A DNA stretch of 64,000 bases from Dehalococcoidia bacterium. GTDB taxonomy: Bacteria > Chloroflexota > Dehalococcoidia > Lucifugimonadales > UBA3495. The stretch's first letter is position 1. Each line of letters starts with the position of its first letter. The notes below the pieces were generated by a model. The model did not search any database and was not told the origin of the DNA. It saw only the letters and a program-made list of their open reading frames with translations. Location: assembly GCA_965263395.1 (NCBI GenBank), contig OZ253670.1, positions 1,865,826-1,929,825 on the forward strand. The letters run 5' to 3'. The position numbers and the translations under genes are program-made. Positions 1 through 9,887 of the stretch are shown piece by piece.

Positions 1-1
1 C

Positions 2-763
2 GGGTACAAGAACGAGGATGAGCTGCAGCAGAAGTTCCACTCCATCGCCTTCGTGGTCGCGGCCAACGAGGTCCTGGACCTGCCCGAGACCACCAGCAAC
101 TACCTCCGGGTCCATCTGTCCACCAGGGCGGCCAGGATCCACGACGAGCTGGACAGGGAGTTCCGGGCCGATGTGGAGGCCGGCAAGATCACCAACGCGA
201 CCAACGCCCTGACCCGCCTGCTCCGGCTGCAGCAGATCACATCGGGATTCGCCGTCACCGAGAACCAGAGCACTGGAAACGAGGAGACGGTCGAGGTTGA
301 CCAGGCCAAGGCGGATGCCCTGAAGGACATCCTGGAAGACCTGTCCCCGGACGAGAACGTGGTCGTGTTCGTCCGCTTCCTGCACGACCTGGACGTGGTC
401 CACCGTGTTGCCCAGGGGGCTGGCCGGGACTCGTGGGAGCTCTCCGGCCGCCGGCGTCAACTCGTGGACTGGCAGCGGGCCGGCGGCGTACTCGCCGCCC
501 AGATCCAGGCAGGGAGCATGGGGATCGACATGACCGCAGCACGGTACTGCATCTATTACAGCCTGGGCTACAGCCTGGGCGACTACCTGCAGAGCCGGGC
601 CCGGGTCCACCGTCCCGGACAGACCAGGGACGTCCGATACATCCACCTCATCGCCGCGGGGACCGTGGACGAGACGGTGATGGGCTCCCTCAGAAACAAG
701 GAGAACGTCATAGAGAGAATAATGCGGGCCATGGGCCCGGCGGCTCAGCACATCGCTGAGTAG
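2..763 (+). CDS. SNF2/DEAD-like helicase, C-terminal fragment (5' end lies outside the window)
   Basis: The frame is open from nt 2, and track ORF 53..763 is its GTG-started part. Helicase C-domain motifs are present: VVVFVRFLHDLD and QSRARVHRPGQTRDV (QxxGRxxRxGQ-like). TAG stop at 761-763. Confidence 0.85.
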   Translation, partial: GYKNEDELQQKFHSIAFVVAANEVLDLPETTSNYLRVHLSTRAARIHDELDREFRADVEAGKITNATNALTRLLRLQQITSGFAVTENQSTGNEETVEVDQAKADALKDILEDLSPDENVVVFVRFLHDLDVVHRVAQGAGRDSWELSGRRRQLVDWQRAGGVLAAQIQAGSMGIDMTAARYCIYYSLGYSLGDYLQSRARVHRPGQTRDVRYIHLIAAGTVDETVMGSLRNKENVIERIMRAMGPAAQHIAE

Positions 764-801
764 CTCAGCCGCCCTCTCAGCCCCGGGCTGAGCGGCTGAG
801 C
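763..801 (+). terminator. GC-rich hairpin after the helicase gene
   Basis: gctcagccgc ... gcggctgagc forms a 10-bp stem with an inner ctcagcc/ggctgag stem. There is no clear T-run. Confidence 0.45.
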
Positions 802-868
802 AACAACAGGACAACCACTGCGGAGGCGCCTGCGGGTACACCTGCGGGGGCACAGCAAGAGGAGACCA

Positions 869-1270
869 ATGACCGAACAGATCGTCAACGAGTACGTGCA
901 GCTCCACCAGGAAAAGAGGGAGTTGGAGACACGGCTCAACAGGGTAAAGAAGGATATTGAGACACGGGAGCCCGTGGTGGAGGAGTACTTCGCCGAGCAC
1001 GGCTTCCAGAATATCCGGACTGAAAATGGCACCGCATACCTCCACCGGGAAATCCTGGTAAACCTGCGGCCGGAGCAAAGCGGCGGCCACGAAGAAGCCC
1101 ACAACACCATGCGGAAGCACGGCCTGGGCTACATGATCAAGGAATCAGTGAACACCAGCACCCTCCGTTCCCACTTCGCGGAGATCGTCAAGTCCGGGGA
1201 AGAAATTCCCCAAGACATGTCGGAGTACCTGAACGTGATGGACCGGCACCGGGTGCGGGTGCGCAGCTAG
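869..1270 (+). CDS. hypothetical protein (coiled-coil N-terminus)
   Basis: 133-aa ORF with protein-like composition, preceded by aagaggagacc. TAG stop. Confidence 0.6.
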   Translation: MTEQIVNEYVQLHQEKRELETRLNRVKKDIETREPVVEEYFAEHGFQNIRTENGTAYLHREILVNLRPEQSGGHEEAHNTMRKHGLGYMIKESVNTSTLRSHFAEIVKSGEEIPQDMSEYLNVMDRHRVRVRS

Positions 1271-1383
1271 CCGTGCCCCCGCAGGCTGCTGCCCCTCCGG
1301 GGGACGTGCAGCCGCACGGCACAGCAGGGCCACACCACTGAACAGCGGACCAAAAACAAAAACTCAAAGGAAGAAGAGAAAGA

Positions 1384-2238
1384 ATGGCAAAAGAGAATGA
1401 ACAGGCAAACCCCCTGGTCCCGGCTGGACAAGCCGGCGCGGACTACATGGCCCTCCAGTGCAGCGACGATGAGCTGGCGGAGTACGCCGAGATCTTCCGG
1501 GACAACACCGAGGGTGAGTCCCTCACGGAGCGGGACCTCCCCCGCTGCGCCGTGCCCCCCCAGGGGATGAAGGTCTGGAACGCCCCGACCCCCGAGGGTC
1601 CCAAGGTCCAGGAGTCCATCCGGGGCATCATCGTGAAGGTGACCACCCCCAGGGCCATGTGGCCCGCCAGCATGGATGAGGGCGGCAGCGCGCCCCCCAT
1701 CTGCGCCAGCCCCGACAGCATCAAGGGCACCGGCAAGCCCGGCGGCGACTGCCTCTCCTGCCCGTTCAACGCCTGGGACTCTGCGCCCAACGGCAGCGGC
1801 AAGGCCTGCAAGGAGAAGAGGATGGTCTACATCCTCCAGAAGGACAGCATCCTGCCCGTGGTCGTCCAGGCTCCCAGCACCAGCATCCAGAACGTCAAGG
1901 AGTACCGGATGAACCTGGCCGGTCAGAAGCTCCCCTACTACGGGGTGGAGACCGAGCTGACCCTGGAGCGCATCGAGGGCAAGTTCCCCTACAGCCGGAT
2001 CGTCCTCCGGAACGTGGGCGAGCTCTCCATGGACCGGCGCAACACCGTCCGCGGCTACATCAACGCCTTCGGGCCGATGTTCCAGAAGCGGGTTGAGCTG
2101 ACCGCCGACGAGGAGTCGACCCTGGCTGATACCCAGAACGGTGTCGTGGAAGGGACCGTGGTCGACCAGAACGCCTTGGTGGAAGCCATGGCGGACACCG
2201 CCGGCGCGGGCGACGCTCCCTTCGACGGCGAGGAGTAA
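1384..2238 (+). CDS. hypothetical phage/plasmid replication-module protein with Cys motif (CxxCP...C)
   Basis: 284-aa ORF preceded by an A-rich aggaagaagagaaaga leader. Acidic C-terminal tail. TAA stop. Confidence 0.7.
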   Translation: MAKENEQANPLVPAGQAGADYMALQCSDDELAEYAEIFRDNTEGESLTERDLPRCAVPPQGMKVWNAPTPEGPKVQESIRGIIVKVTTPRAMWPASMDEGGSAPPICASPDSIKGTGKPGGDCLSCPFNAWDSAPNGSGKACKEKRMVYILQKDSILPVVVQAPSTSIQNVKEYRMNLAGQKLPYYGVETELTLERIEGKFPYSRIVLRNVGELSMDRRNTVRGYINAFGPMFQKRVELTADEESTLADTQNGVVEGTVVDQNALVEAMADTAGAGDAPFDGEE

Positions 2239-2264
2239 GCCTCCCCCAAACGCGCCAACCGGAA

Positions 2265-2290
2265 GTCACGGCCCCCATGGGGGCCGTGAC
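2265..2290 (+). terminator. perfect 26-nt palindrome hairpin
   Basis: gtcacggcccccatgggggccgtgac lies immediately after the stop at 2238. Confidence 0.55.
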
Positions 2291-2405
2291 TCTCGCACCA
2301 ATGGCGGCGAAACCCACTCCAGAGAGTGGGCGGAACTGAAACCGGTCAACAGGCCCGGCCAAAAACATCCCCTCCTCATAGAGTGGATGAGGATCGAAGC
2401 AAGGG

Positions 2406-4160
2406 ATGAGGATTGAAACCATGACTCCAAGAGATTTCATGACCATGCTCTGGGGGGACCCTCCCCCCGCATCCGTCTACCTCTTCCTCCTGCCCCAGAA
2501 GCGGGCAATCTGGTTCACACACTACGAGAACCTGGACAAATTGTGCAACGCCCACACCGCCATGGAAATCTACACCGGCGGGGGGACCGGGCCCAGGAGC
2601 AACCGGCAGGCCCTCCCCAACCGGCGCCTCCTGCAGGATGAGGTAACCGGCATCACCGGACTCTGGTCCGACATCGACGTGGCCCACGATGTACACCCGA
2701 AGAAGAACCTGCCCCCGACCCTGGAGGCAGCCCTGGAGATCCTGGAGCAGGCCCAGTTCGAGCCCACCATCCTGGTGGACAGCGGCCACGGCATCCAGGC
2801 CTGGTGGCTCTTCGATGAGCCCTGGAATTTCCAGGACACCCAGGAGAGCATGGAAGCCCGGCGCCTCACCCAATGGTGGGGGGGGTACATCGGCTCCCTG
2901 TATGCCGCCGAGGGCTGGAACATCGACTCGGTATACAACCTGGACCGAATCATGCGGGTCCCAGGGACCTTCAACAACAAGGTGAAGAACGACTCGAAGC
3001 CCGTAACGGTCATCCGGAACACCGGCATCCGCTACTCCCGGACGGCCTTCCAAGAACTCATCCCGCCGGACTACCAGCCCAAGACCATCATCAAGGGCAC
3101 CAATGCCGACGGGCAGCCGGTGGGAGCCGAGAACCTGATCCTGGACCCCAAGGCCGAGCCGGACATAATGAAATTCGGTGAGCTCATCGCCGAGGACCCC
3201 CGGTTCCTCCGGAGCTGGCAGGAAAACCGCACCGACTGGGCAGAGGAGGCCGACCGGTCCGCCAGCGCCTACGACCTCTCCCTGGCCAGCTTCGCAGCCA
3301 GAAACGGCTGGAGCGACCAGGAGATCTCCGACCTGCTCATCGCCAAGCGGCGCCGCCACGGGCAGGACCTGAAGCTCAGGGAGAACTACTACGCCAACAC
3401 CATCGCCCGGGCCCGCCATCCAGTGACCGTTGCTCACGCGGAGGAGAGCCTGAAGGAGGCGATGGAGATGGATGAAGAGGACAGCTCCGACGACATCATG
3501 AACGCCCTCAGCATAATGATGGGGATCAGGATCCGAAGGATAGTCAAGTTCATCGGGGACCCGCCCATATTCTGGATGTCCACCGACCAAGGCGATATCA
3601 CCATCGGCAAGGTCGATGGCCTCACCTCCCAGAACCGGTTCATCAACCTGGTGGCCGGCATAACCGGGATCGTCATGCAGCCCTGCAAGTCCGCCCAATG
3701 GCGGGAACGGGTCCAGGCCATTCTCCGCGCCGCGGTCGAAGAGGACGTGGGGGACGCCAGCCATCCGGCCACCGAGACCCGGGCCTGGCTGACCACCTAC
3801 CTTTCGGAACACGCCCCCCTGATCAACATATCCCAGGCCACCATCACCCGAATGCCCTTCATCAGCAACGGCCGGGTCCACATGTTCCTGGAAAGGTTCA
3901 GCCAGTGGGTGGAGCACAGCTGCCACGAGGTGATCAGCACCTTCTCAATGGGCCAGCGGCTGAAGCTGCTCGGGGCCAAGCAGGAGACCATCAACACCAC
4001 CATCAACGGGATCCGCACCACCCGGTCAACCTGGCGGCTCCCCCACGATTTCGATGAATGGGAGCAGATGGCCCAGGAGGAGATGCAAGAGGATATCCAA
4101 GAGGATATCCAAGAGGATATCCAAGAGGATATGCAGGAAGAAGGGGAAGGCAGAGAATGA
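2406..4160 (+). CDS. archaeo-eukaryotic-type primase-polymerase (prim-pol) with C-terminal domain
   Basis: AEP motifs are present: WSDIDV (DxD), SGHGIQAWWLF (sGxGxH-like) and RVPGTFNNK. An alternative start is ATG 2421, which has a GAGGA upstream. The C-terminus carries a QEDI repeat. Confidence 0.8.
   Translation: MRIETMTPRDFMTMLWGDPPPASVYLFLLPQKRAIWFTHYENLDKLCNAHTAMEIYTGGGTGPRSNRQALPNRRLLQDEVTGITGLWSDIDVAHDVHPKKNLPPTLEAALEILEQAQFEPTILVDSGHGIQAWWLFDEPWNFQDTQESMEARRLTQWWGGYIGSLYAAEGWNIDSVYNLDRIMRVPGTFNNKVKNDSKPVTVIRNTGIRYSRTAFQELIPPDYQPKTIIKGTNADGQPVGAENLILDPKAEPDIMKFGELIAEDPRFLRSWQENRTDWAEEADRSASAYDLSLASFAARNGWSDQEISDLLIAKRRRHGQDLKLRENYYANTIARARHPVTVAHAEESLKEAMEMDEEDSSDDIMNALSIMMGIRIRRIVKFIGDPPIFWMSTDQGDITIGKVDGLTSQNRFINLVAGITGIVMQPCKSAQWRERVQAILRAAVEEDVGDASHPATETRAWLTTYLSEHAPLINISQATITRMPFISNGRVHMFLERFSQWVEHSCHEVISTFSMGQRLKLLGAKQETINTTINGIRTTRSTWRLPHDFDEWEQMAQEEMQEDIQEDIQEDIQEDMQEEGEGRE
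4077..4136 (+). repeat. 12-nt tandem repeat gaggatatccaa (3 perfect copies plus 2 variants), in frame
   Basis: Read directly from the sequence. It encodes QEDIQEDIQEDIQEDMQEE at the primase C-terminus. Confidence 0.9.
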
Positions 4161-5848
4161 CCACAACCACCGGGGAGAAGGAGACCCGTCAACCCGGAAG
4201 GCCAGAGGAAGGACTGCCGGAGATCGAGTACCGGGTGATCGGACCTCCCGGCTGTGGCAAGACCACATGGCTGGGCCAGCAGGTCGAAAATGCGGTGGAG
4301 AAGGGCCAGCGGATCCTGATAACATCCCAGACCAGAGCCGCCGCCGCCGAGATAACCGGGCGGCGGCTCCCCATCCCGGACGAGTGCCTGGGAACCCTCC
4401 ATTCGCACTGCTACCACATCCTGGGCAAGCCTGAACTCACCCTGAACCACCTGGAGGAATGGAACAGCGAGAACCCCGCCTTCGCTATCACCATCACCAA
4501 GGGAAATGAGACCCAGCGCCGGATCGAGGGAGATAACCCGGATGCCCAGATAATCCAGACCCCCGGCGACCAGCTCATGGCGGACTACTCAATGGTCCGC
4601 TCCCGGATGGGAGAGGCCTTCAGCAGGATGGCAGAGGCCTCCAACCAGACGGGAGAGGCATCCAGCCTGGTGCAGCAGTTCGGGAGCACCTGGGAGGAGT
4701 GGAAGCAGAAGAACGCCCTCATGGACTTCCAGGACCTAATCGAGATCTGCCTCCGGGAGACCAGCGCCGCACCCGGCAACCCCGACATCATATTCGTGGA
4801 CGAGGCCCAGGACCTGGACTACACCGAGATGAAGCTCATCCGGAAATGGGGGGCCCAGGCCGGCTACCTCATCACCGTGGGAGACCCGGAACAGTGCATC
4901 TACAGCTGGCGGGGCGCCACCCCGGAGGCCTTCATCACTCCCGAACTTCCCCCGGCCCAGAACATGGTCTTGAGCCAGAGCTACCGGGTGCCGCTGGACA
5001 TCCACAACCGGGCCATCTCATGGATCAGCAAGATAGATGGCCGGGACCCAATCCCCTACTACCCCCGGGACCACCCGGGGAAGGTCCGGGAGACCCCCAG
5101 TACCTGGGAGGAGCCCAAGGACGCGGTATCCATCGCCCAGGAACACACGGATGAAGGAAAGTCCGTCATGTTCCTGACCACCTGCGCCTACATGCTCCAG
5201 AACGTCATCAACGAGCTCCGGCAACGCTCAATCCCCTACCACAACCCCTTCCGCCGGAACAACGGCGCCTGGAACCCCCTGGCCAAAAGGGGCAACGCCA
5301 TCACCACCGGGGAACGGATACTGGCCTTCCTCGCACTATCCCAGAATGGGCTGTGGACCGCCCAGGACATCAGGCGCTGGTCCGACGCCCTCACCCTCAG
5401 GAAGCACCTATCCCCGGGTGGACGGAAGGAGATCAAAAGCCTGGTCAACACCCAGGACGGCGGGGTCAGCGCCTACATGATGGAGCGGCTCTTCAGCGAG
5501 GAGCTTCTGAAAGCCGGCCTCACCGGAGACCTGGATTTCTTCCAGGAACACCTGACCGCCGCCAAGCGGGACACCGCCAAGTTTCCCCTGAGCATCGCCA
5601 TGGCCTATGGGCCAAAAGCCCTGGAGGAGCCGCCCAGGACGACCGTTGGCACAATTCACTCCGTCAAGGGAGGCGAGGCCGACGTCGTGGTCATCTTCCC
5701 CGACCTGAGCATGGCCGGCAACAAGGAGTGGGCCGGGACCATCGAACAGCGGGCCGGTATCATCCGGCTCTTCTACGTCGGCATCACCCGATCACGGGAG
5801 ACCCTGGTATTCTGCAGGCCCGCAGGCCGGAACTTCGTGGAGTTCTGA
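4157..5848 (+). CDS. UvrD/Rep/PcrA-like superfamily 1 helicase
   Basis: Motifs GPPGCGKTT (Walker A), FVDEAQD, SQSYRVP and GTIHSVKGGEADVV are present. ATG 4157 overlaps the primase stop (ATGA). The track ORF starts at 4058, but that extension reads the repeat out of frame. Confidence 0.85.
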   Translation: MTTTTGEKETRQPGRPEEGLPEIEYRVIGPPGCGKTTWLGQQVENAVEKGQRILITSQTRAAAAEITGRRLPIPDECLGTLHSHCYHILGKPELTLNHLEEWNSENPAFAITITKGNETQRRIEGDNPDAQIIQTPGDQLMADYSMVRSRMGEAFSRMAEASNQTGEASSLVQQFGSTWEEWKQKNALMDFQDLIEICLRETSAAPGNPDIIFVDEAQDLDYTEMKLIRKWGAQAGYLITVGDPEQCIYSWRGATPEAFITPELPPAQNMVLSQSYRVPLDIHNRAISWISKIDGRDPIPYYPRDHPGKVRETPSTWEEPKDAVSIAQEHTDEGKSVMFLTTCAYMLQNVINELRQRSIPYHNPFRRNNGAWNPLAKRGNAITTGERILAFLALSQNGLWTAQDIRRWSDALTLRKHLSPGGRKEIKSLVNTQDGGVSAYMMERLFSEELLKAGLTGDLDFFQEHLTAAKRDTAKFPLSIAMAYGPKALEEPPRTTVGTIHSVKGGEADVVVIFPDLSMAGNKEWAGTIEQRAGIIRLFYVGITRSRETLVFCRPAGRNFVEF

Positions 5849-6107
5849 CGCTCTCCGCCCGGGTTCGTGGCGCCGGAGCACCGCTTCACAACCGGCCTGG
5901 GGCCCAGGCTTGCCGGTTTCCTGGTCACAGAACCCCGCCGCCAGGAGCGGGAAAAGACAAAACCCCAAGGGGAAGGGGTCCAACATAATCCCCATGTAAA
6001 ACAGGCCCAAGCCAACCATGGAGAGGATGGCAGGCAGGGGCCGGAACCAGAAACCCGGAGGATGGCCTGGAACCAGCGGGGCAACACCGGAAAAGAGGAG
6101 TCGGAAA

Positions 6108-9100
6108 ATGGAGAACGAGGAGCGGAGCAGGAGGATAACCCGGGCCCTCCTGAATTCGGGGATAGCCCGGGAGAACCAGGAGAGCATCCCAAACATCACC
6201 CCCAACGCCAAAACGGTGCTGGAGAGGCGCTACCTGAAGAAGGACCAGGACGGAGCCGCCGAGGCGCCGGACACCATGTTCCGGAGAGTGGCCGAGAACC
6301 TGTCGCAGGCGGACCTGAACTACGGGGCAACCCAGAAGGAGCGGCAGGCCACCGAAGACGAGTTCTTCGACGTCATGCAGAAGCTGGAGCTCCTGCCCAA
6401 CTCACCCACTCTCATGAACGCCGGCCGGGAGCTGCAGCAGCTCTCCGCCTGCTTCGTGCTGCCCATCGACGACGACCTGGACGACATATTCTCCAAGGTC
6501 AAGGAGACCGCCCTCATCCACAAGAGCGGCGGCGGAACCGGGTTCTCCTTCAACCGCCTCCGTCCCAGCGGGGACTTCGTGAAGTCCACCGGCGGCATCG
6601 CCTCCGGGCCCGCCAGCTTCATTCGCGCCTTCGACTCCGCAACCGATGTGGTCAAGCAGGGCGGCACCCGCCGGGGCGCAAACATGGGGATCCTGAACGT
6701 CGACCATCCCGATGTGATGAAGTTCATACGCATGAAGGCCCAGGAGGGGGCGCTTGAGAACTTCAACATCTCCATTGCTGTAAACAAGGAGTTCATGGAA
6801 AAGGTCACCCGGGGGGAGGACTACACCCTCACCAACCCCCGGACCGGGGAGGCAGCCGGCACCCTGAACGCCCGGGAGGTCTTCACCGAGATCGTGGAGC
6901 ACGCCTGGAATACCGGGGACCCCGGGCTCATATTTCTGGACCGGATCAACGAGCAGAACCCCAACCCCCACCTGGGAATGATCGAGTCCACCAACCCCTG
7001 CGTGACCGGGGACACCTGGGTGATGACCCGGGAAGGGCCCCGGCAGGCCCGAAGCCTGGCCGGCAGCCGGCAGACACTCCTGGTCAACGGGGAATTCTTC
7101 CTGACCGGGCCGGAGGGATTCTTCTCCACCGGGATCAAGCCGGTCGTGCGGCTCCGCACCCAGGAGGGCCAGGAGTTGACCCTGACCCAGGACCACCTGG
7201 TGGTCAAGATCATACGCCAGCCCCACGGCAGCGTGGGAATCAGGGCCTGGGCGCCGGCGGGAGAGCTCCGCCCCGGAGACCGGGTGGCGCTGCACGACCA
7301 CCGGTTGGCCCACCGGAAGGGCAACAGCATCCTGCCCATGAGCAGGATCAGCCAGCCGGTGCTGGAGTCTCTCAGAACAACCTTCCAGCCCCGGAACATC
7401 GTCATGGACCCCCGGGAAACATGCCCCTCCATATCGCTGAAGGAACAGGCGCACGGCATGCTGGAGACCGCACAGCGGGAGCTCCTCTACCTGGGAATAC
7501 AGAGCAGGATCCAGGTTACTGCCGGACCGGGAGACCGGGAACTGGTCATCCAGGGTGAATCCCTGGAACGGCTGGCCATCAGGGTCGGGTCGGCCAACCC
7601 GGAGGAACAGCATATCCTTGGAGAGATGGCCCTCCTGGCCAAGGATGCGCCAGGATACCCTGGCCGCGAGACCTACGAGGCAACCGTGGAATCCCTGGAA
7701 CCAGCCGGAGAGGAAGAGGTGTGGGACGTCCAGGTCCCGGGAGTCAATGCCTTCGACGCCAACGGGATCTACGTGCACAACTGCGGCGAGCAGGTACTCG
7801 CTCCCTACGAGTCCTGCAACCTGGGGTCCATCAACCTGGCCCGCATGGTCAGGTTCACCGACCGGGCCGAAATCGACTGGGAAAAGATGGAACGGGTCAT
7901 CCGGACCGGCGTTCACATGCTCGACAACGTGATCGACATGAACGACTACCCCCTGCCGCAGATCGAGGAGGCCAGCAAGAAGAGCAGGCGCATCGGCCTG
8001 GGAGTGATGGGAACCGCGGACTTCCTCATCCAGATGGGGATACGCTATGACTCTGAAGAGGCCCTCAACCTGGCCGGGGAGGTGATGTCCTTCATCCAGA
8101 AACAGGCCCACCAGGCCTCCCACGACCTGATCGGGAACCGGGGGCCCTACCCGGGATTCGAGGGCAGCACCTATACCCGTCCCATGCGGAACACCGCACC
8201 AATCACCATCGCCCCCACCGGCACCATCAGCATCATCGCCGGCGCCTCCAGCGGCATTGAACCCCTCTTCGCCCTTGCCTATACGAGGAACATCATGGAC
8301 CAGACCCGGATGCGGGAGATCAATCCCTACTTCCAGGCAGTGGCCAACAGTATGGACGAGATGGACGAAGAGTTCATGGAAGAGCTCCTGGAGCAGGTTG
8401 CCCAGACCGGAAGCCTGGCGGGGACCAGCGCCCCGGACTGGATGAAGGAGATCTTCCGGGTCTCCCAGGACATCAGCCCGGAGTGGCACGTCCGGATGCA
8501 GGCGGCCTTTCAGGAGCACACCGACAACTCCGTCTCGAAGACGATCAACTTCCCCAACGCCGCCACCCGGGAGGATATCTGGAAAGCCTACATGCTGGCC
8601 CATGAGACCGGCTGCAAGGGCATAACGGTCTACCGCGACGGCAGCAAGGCCGAGCAGGTGTTGAGCACCGGCCAGACCCAGGCATTGAGCGCCGGCCAGA
8701 CCCAGGCGTTGAGCGCCGGCCAAGCCGATCTCCACACGAACGGAAAGCACCCCACCCCCCGGCCCAGGCCCCGCACAATGACGGGCTCAACCAGGAGGGT
8801 CAGGACCGGCCACGGCAACATGTACATCACCATCAACCGGGATGAGGACGGGGAACCCTTCGAGATCTTCAATGCCGTCGGCAAGGCCGGGGGCTGCGAC
8901 TCGGCCCAGATCGAGGCCATCAGCCGGCTGGTCTCCATGGCGCTCCGCTCCAACCTGGACCCCCAGGAGATATCCCGTCAGCTCTACGGCATAACCTGCT
9001 GCCCCGCCTGGGACGAGGGAGTGCTGATCCGCTCCATCCCCGACGGGATCGCCATCGCCCTGAGCGGGAACTGGAAATCCCCGGAGCAGGATGCAGGAGC

Positions 9101-9227
9101 CAGCCACGAGGACATCCTCCTCATGAACGGCCGGCAGAAATGCCCGGACTGCAACTCACCCACCCACTTCCAGGAAGGCTGTCAGGCCTGCACCAACCTG
9201 GTCTGCGGCTGGAACCGGTGCAGCTAG
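6108..9227 (+). CDS. nrdJ: class II (adenosylcobalamin-dependent) ribonucleotide reductase, intein-containing
   Basis: The N-terminus reads TPNAKTVLERRYLKKD. The active-site motif STNPC...GEQ is split by an intein. The C-terminal Cys cluster is CPDC...CQAC...C. GAGGAG lies 8 nt upstream of ATG 6108 (track start is 6018). Confidence 0.9.
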   Translation: MENEERSRRITRALLNSGIARENQESIPNITPNAKTVLERRYLKKDQDGAAEAPDTMFRRVAENLSQADLNYGATQKERQATEDEFFDVMQKLELLPNSPTLMNAGRELQQLSACFVLPIDDDLDDIFSKVKETALIHKSGGGTGFSFNRLRPSGDFVKSTGGIASGPASFIRAFDSATDVVKQGGTRRGANMGILNVDHPDVMKFIRMKAQEGALENFNISIAVNKEFMEKVTRGEDYTLTNPRTGEAAGTLNAREVFTEIVEHAWNTGDPGLIFLDRINEQNPNPHLGMIESTNPCVTGDTWVMTREGPRQARSLAGSRQTLLVNGEFFLTGPEGFFSTGIKPVVRLRTQEGQELTLTQDHLVVKIIRQPHGSVGIRAWAPAGELRPGDRVALHDHRLAHRKGNSILPMSRISQPVLESLRTTFQPRNIVMDPRETCPSISLKEQAHGMLETAQRELLYLGIQSRIQVTAGPGDRELVIQGESLERLAIRVGSANPEEQHILGEMALLAKDAPGYPGRETYEATVESLEPAGEEEVWDVQVPGVNAFDANGIYVHNCGEQVLAPYESCNLGSINLARMVRFTDRAEIDWEKMERVIRTGVHMLDNVIDMNDYPLPQIEEASKKSRRIGLGVMGTADFLIQMGIRYDSEEALNLAGEVMSFIQKQAHQASHDLIGNRGPYPGFEGSTYTRPMRNTAPITIAPTGTISIIAGASSGIEPLFALAYTRNIMDQTRMREINPYFQAVANSMDEMDEEFMEELLEQVAQTGSLAGTSAPDWMKEIFRVSQDISPEWHVRMQAAFQEHTDNSVSKTINFPNAATREDIWKAYMLAHETGCKGITVYRDGSKAEQVLSTGQTQALSAGQTQALSAGQADLHTNGKHPTPRPRPRTMTGSTRRVRTGHGNMYITINRDEDGEPFEIFNAVGKAGGCDSAQIEAISRLVSMALRSNLDPQEISRQLYGITCCPAWDEGVLIRSIPDGIAIALSGNWKSPEQDAGASHEDILLMNGRQKCPDCNSPTHFQEGCQACTNLVCGWNRCS
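6999..7781 (+). other. intein (261 codons) inserted in the NPC/GEQ catalytic motif of NrdJ
   Basis: The intein starts with Cys (CVTGDTWV). Block B is LTLTQDHLV. It ends ...GIYVHN and is followed by the extein Cys of CGEQ. The central LLYLGIQSRI...LERLAIRVG segment looks like a degenerate LAGLIDADG half-domain. Confidence 0.85.
8661..8726 (+). repeat. 24-nt tandem repeat (about 2.7 copies), in frame within nrdJ
   Basis: The unit ttgagcRccggccagacccaggcR encodes LSTGQTQA LSAGQTQA LSAGQA. Confidence 0.9.
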
Positions 9228-9260
9228 GTCCAGCATGAGGAACCCGCATGAGGAACTTGT

Positions 9261-9821
9261 ATGAACATCGAGACCAATGACCGGAATTTCCGGATCAGCC
9301 TGGAGGGCAGCGCTTGCGCCGCGAACCCAGGCAGTGCCCCTGATGAGCGCTCCACAAGGGAGAGCCAGGGAGAGCAGCAACCTCGTAGCACACCGCTCTG
9401 CGGTGCATTCGGGTTCGTGGTTCCTGCAGGAACCACTCCCCGCCTGCTCATCCACCGGCAGGGACCGGACGGACCGGTCCTGGTCTCGGCGCTTACCCCC
9501 GAGCAGGTGGTGCAGATAGCGCTGGAGAATGGCCCCCGCAGTAAACCGGCAATCCCGGAGGAGCTCGGGAAGATACTCCAGGAACAGGAACTCGAGGTCA
9601 TCACGGAGGCCGGAGATTCCTGGCAACAGGCCAGGATCAGCGGATGCACCGAGTACAAGACCAACAGGTCATCGGGCATCCTCCGGTCAGCCGTCGAATT
9701 CGCCCCCACCAAGGACCAAGCCATACGGGAACTGGCCAGGAAACTCAGCGGAAAACTCATGGTCATAGACGCCTACAGCCCCAGCCGGAGAGAAATCCAG
9801 ATACCGGAGCTGAGCCTGTAG
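9261..9821 (+). CDS. hypothetical protein
   Basis: 186-aa ORF. The C-terminal half is protein-like and the N-terminal third is low complexity. Confidence 0.5.
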   Translation: MNIETNDRNFRISLEGSACAANPGSAPDERSTRESQGEQQPRSTPLCGAFGFVVPAGTTPRLLIHRQGPDGPVLVSALTPEQVVQIALENGPRSKPAIPEELGKILQEQELEVITEAGDSWQQARISGCTEYKTNRSSGILRSAVEFAPTKDQAIRELARKLSGKLMVIDAYSPSRREIQIPELSL

Positions 9822-9865
9822 GGGGAGGACCCAAGCCCTGCTGCACCTCACATACAGACAACCAG

Positions 9866-9887
9866 CCCGGGGACAGACGTCCCCGGG
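9866..9887 (+). terminator. hairpin cccggggac-agac-gtccccggg
   Basis: A 9-bp perfect stem lies 45 nt after the stop at 9821. Confidence 0.5.

Noticed and set aside
750-830. tagctcag… D-loop-like string suggesting a tRNA
   Set aside because: No acceptor, anticodon or T-arm can be drawn. The sequence forms a simple terminator hairpin instead. No GTTCRANYC T-loop context was found in any non-coding gap by eye.
2380-2425. CRISPR-like ending …gattgaaac and the repeated ggatgaggat motif upstream of the primase; tandem repeats elsewhere were also considered as CRISPR
   Set aside because: There are no spacer-separated repeats of 24-40 nt anywhere. All arrays are head-to-tail without spacers, and no cas genes are present apart from a stand-alone Cas4-like nuclease.
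5849-6107. Cobalamin riboswitch or NrdR boxes in the 259-nt leader of nrdJ
   Set aside because: I could not recognise the B12-box or NrdR-box consensus by eye. An Infernal/Rfam scan would be needed, so this is not claimed.
2376-8750. Very long minus-strand ORFs antisense to clear genes: 2376-3926 (516 aa) and 6402-8750 (782 aa). Others lie outside this interval at 19289-20284, 37220-38365, 42533-44533, 45652-46884, 55621-56901 and 61256-62401.
   Set aside because: They lie antisense to genes with strong family motifs. Their products are Gly/Pro/Arg/Leu-rich and lack motifs. They are the expected artefact of the C>G, T-poor coding strand, which removes stop codons from the antisense frames.
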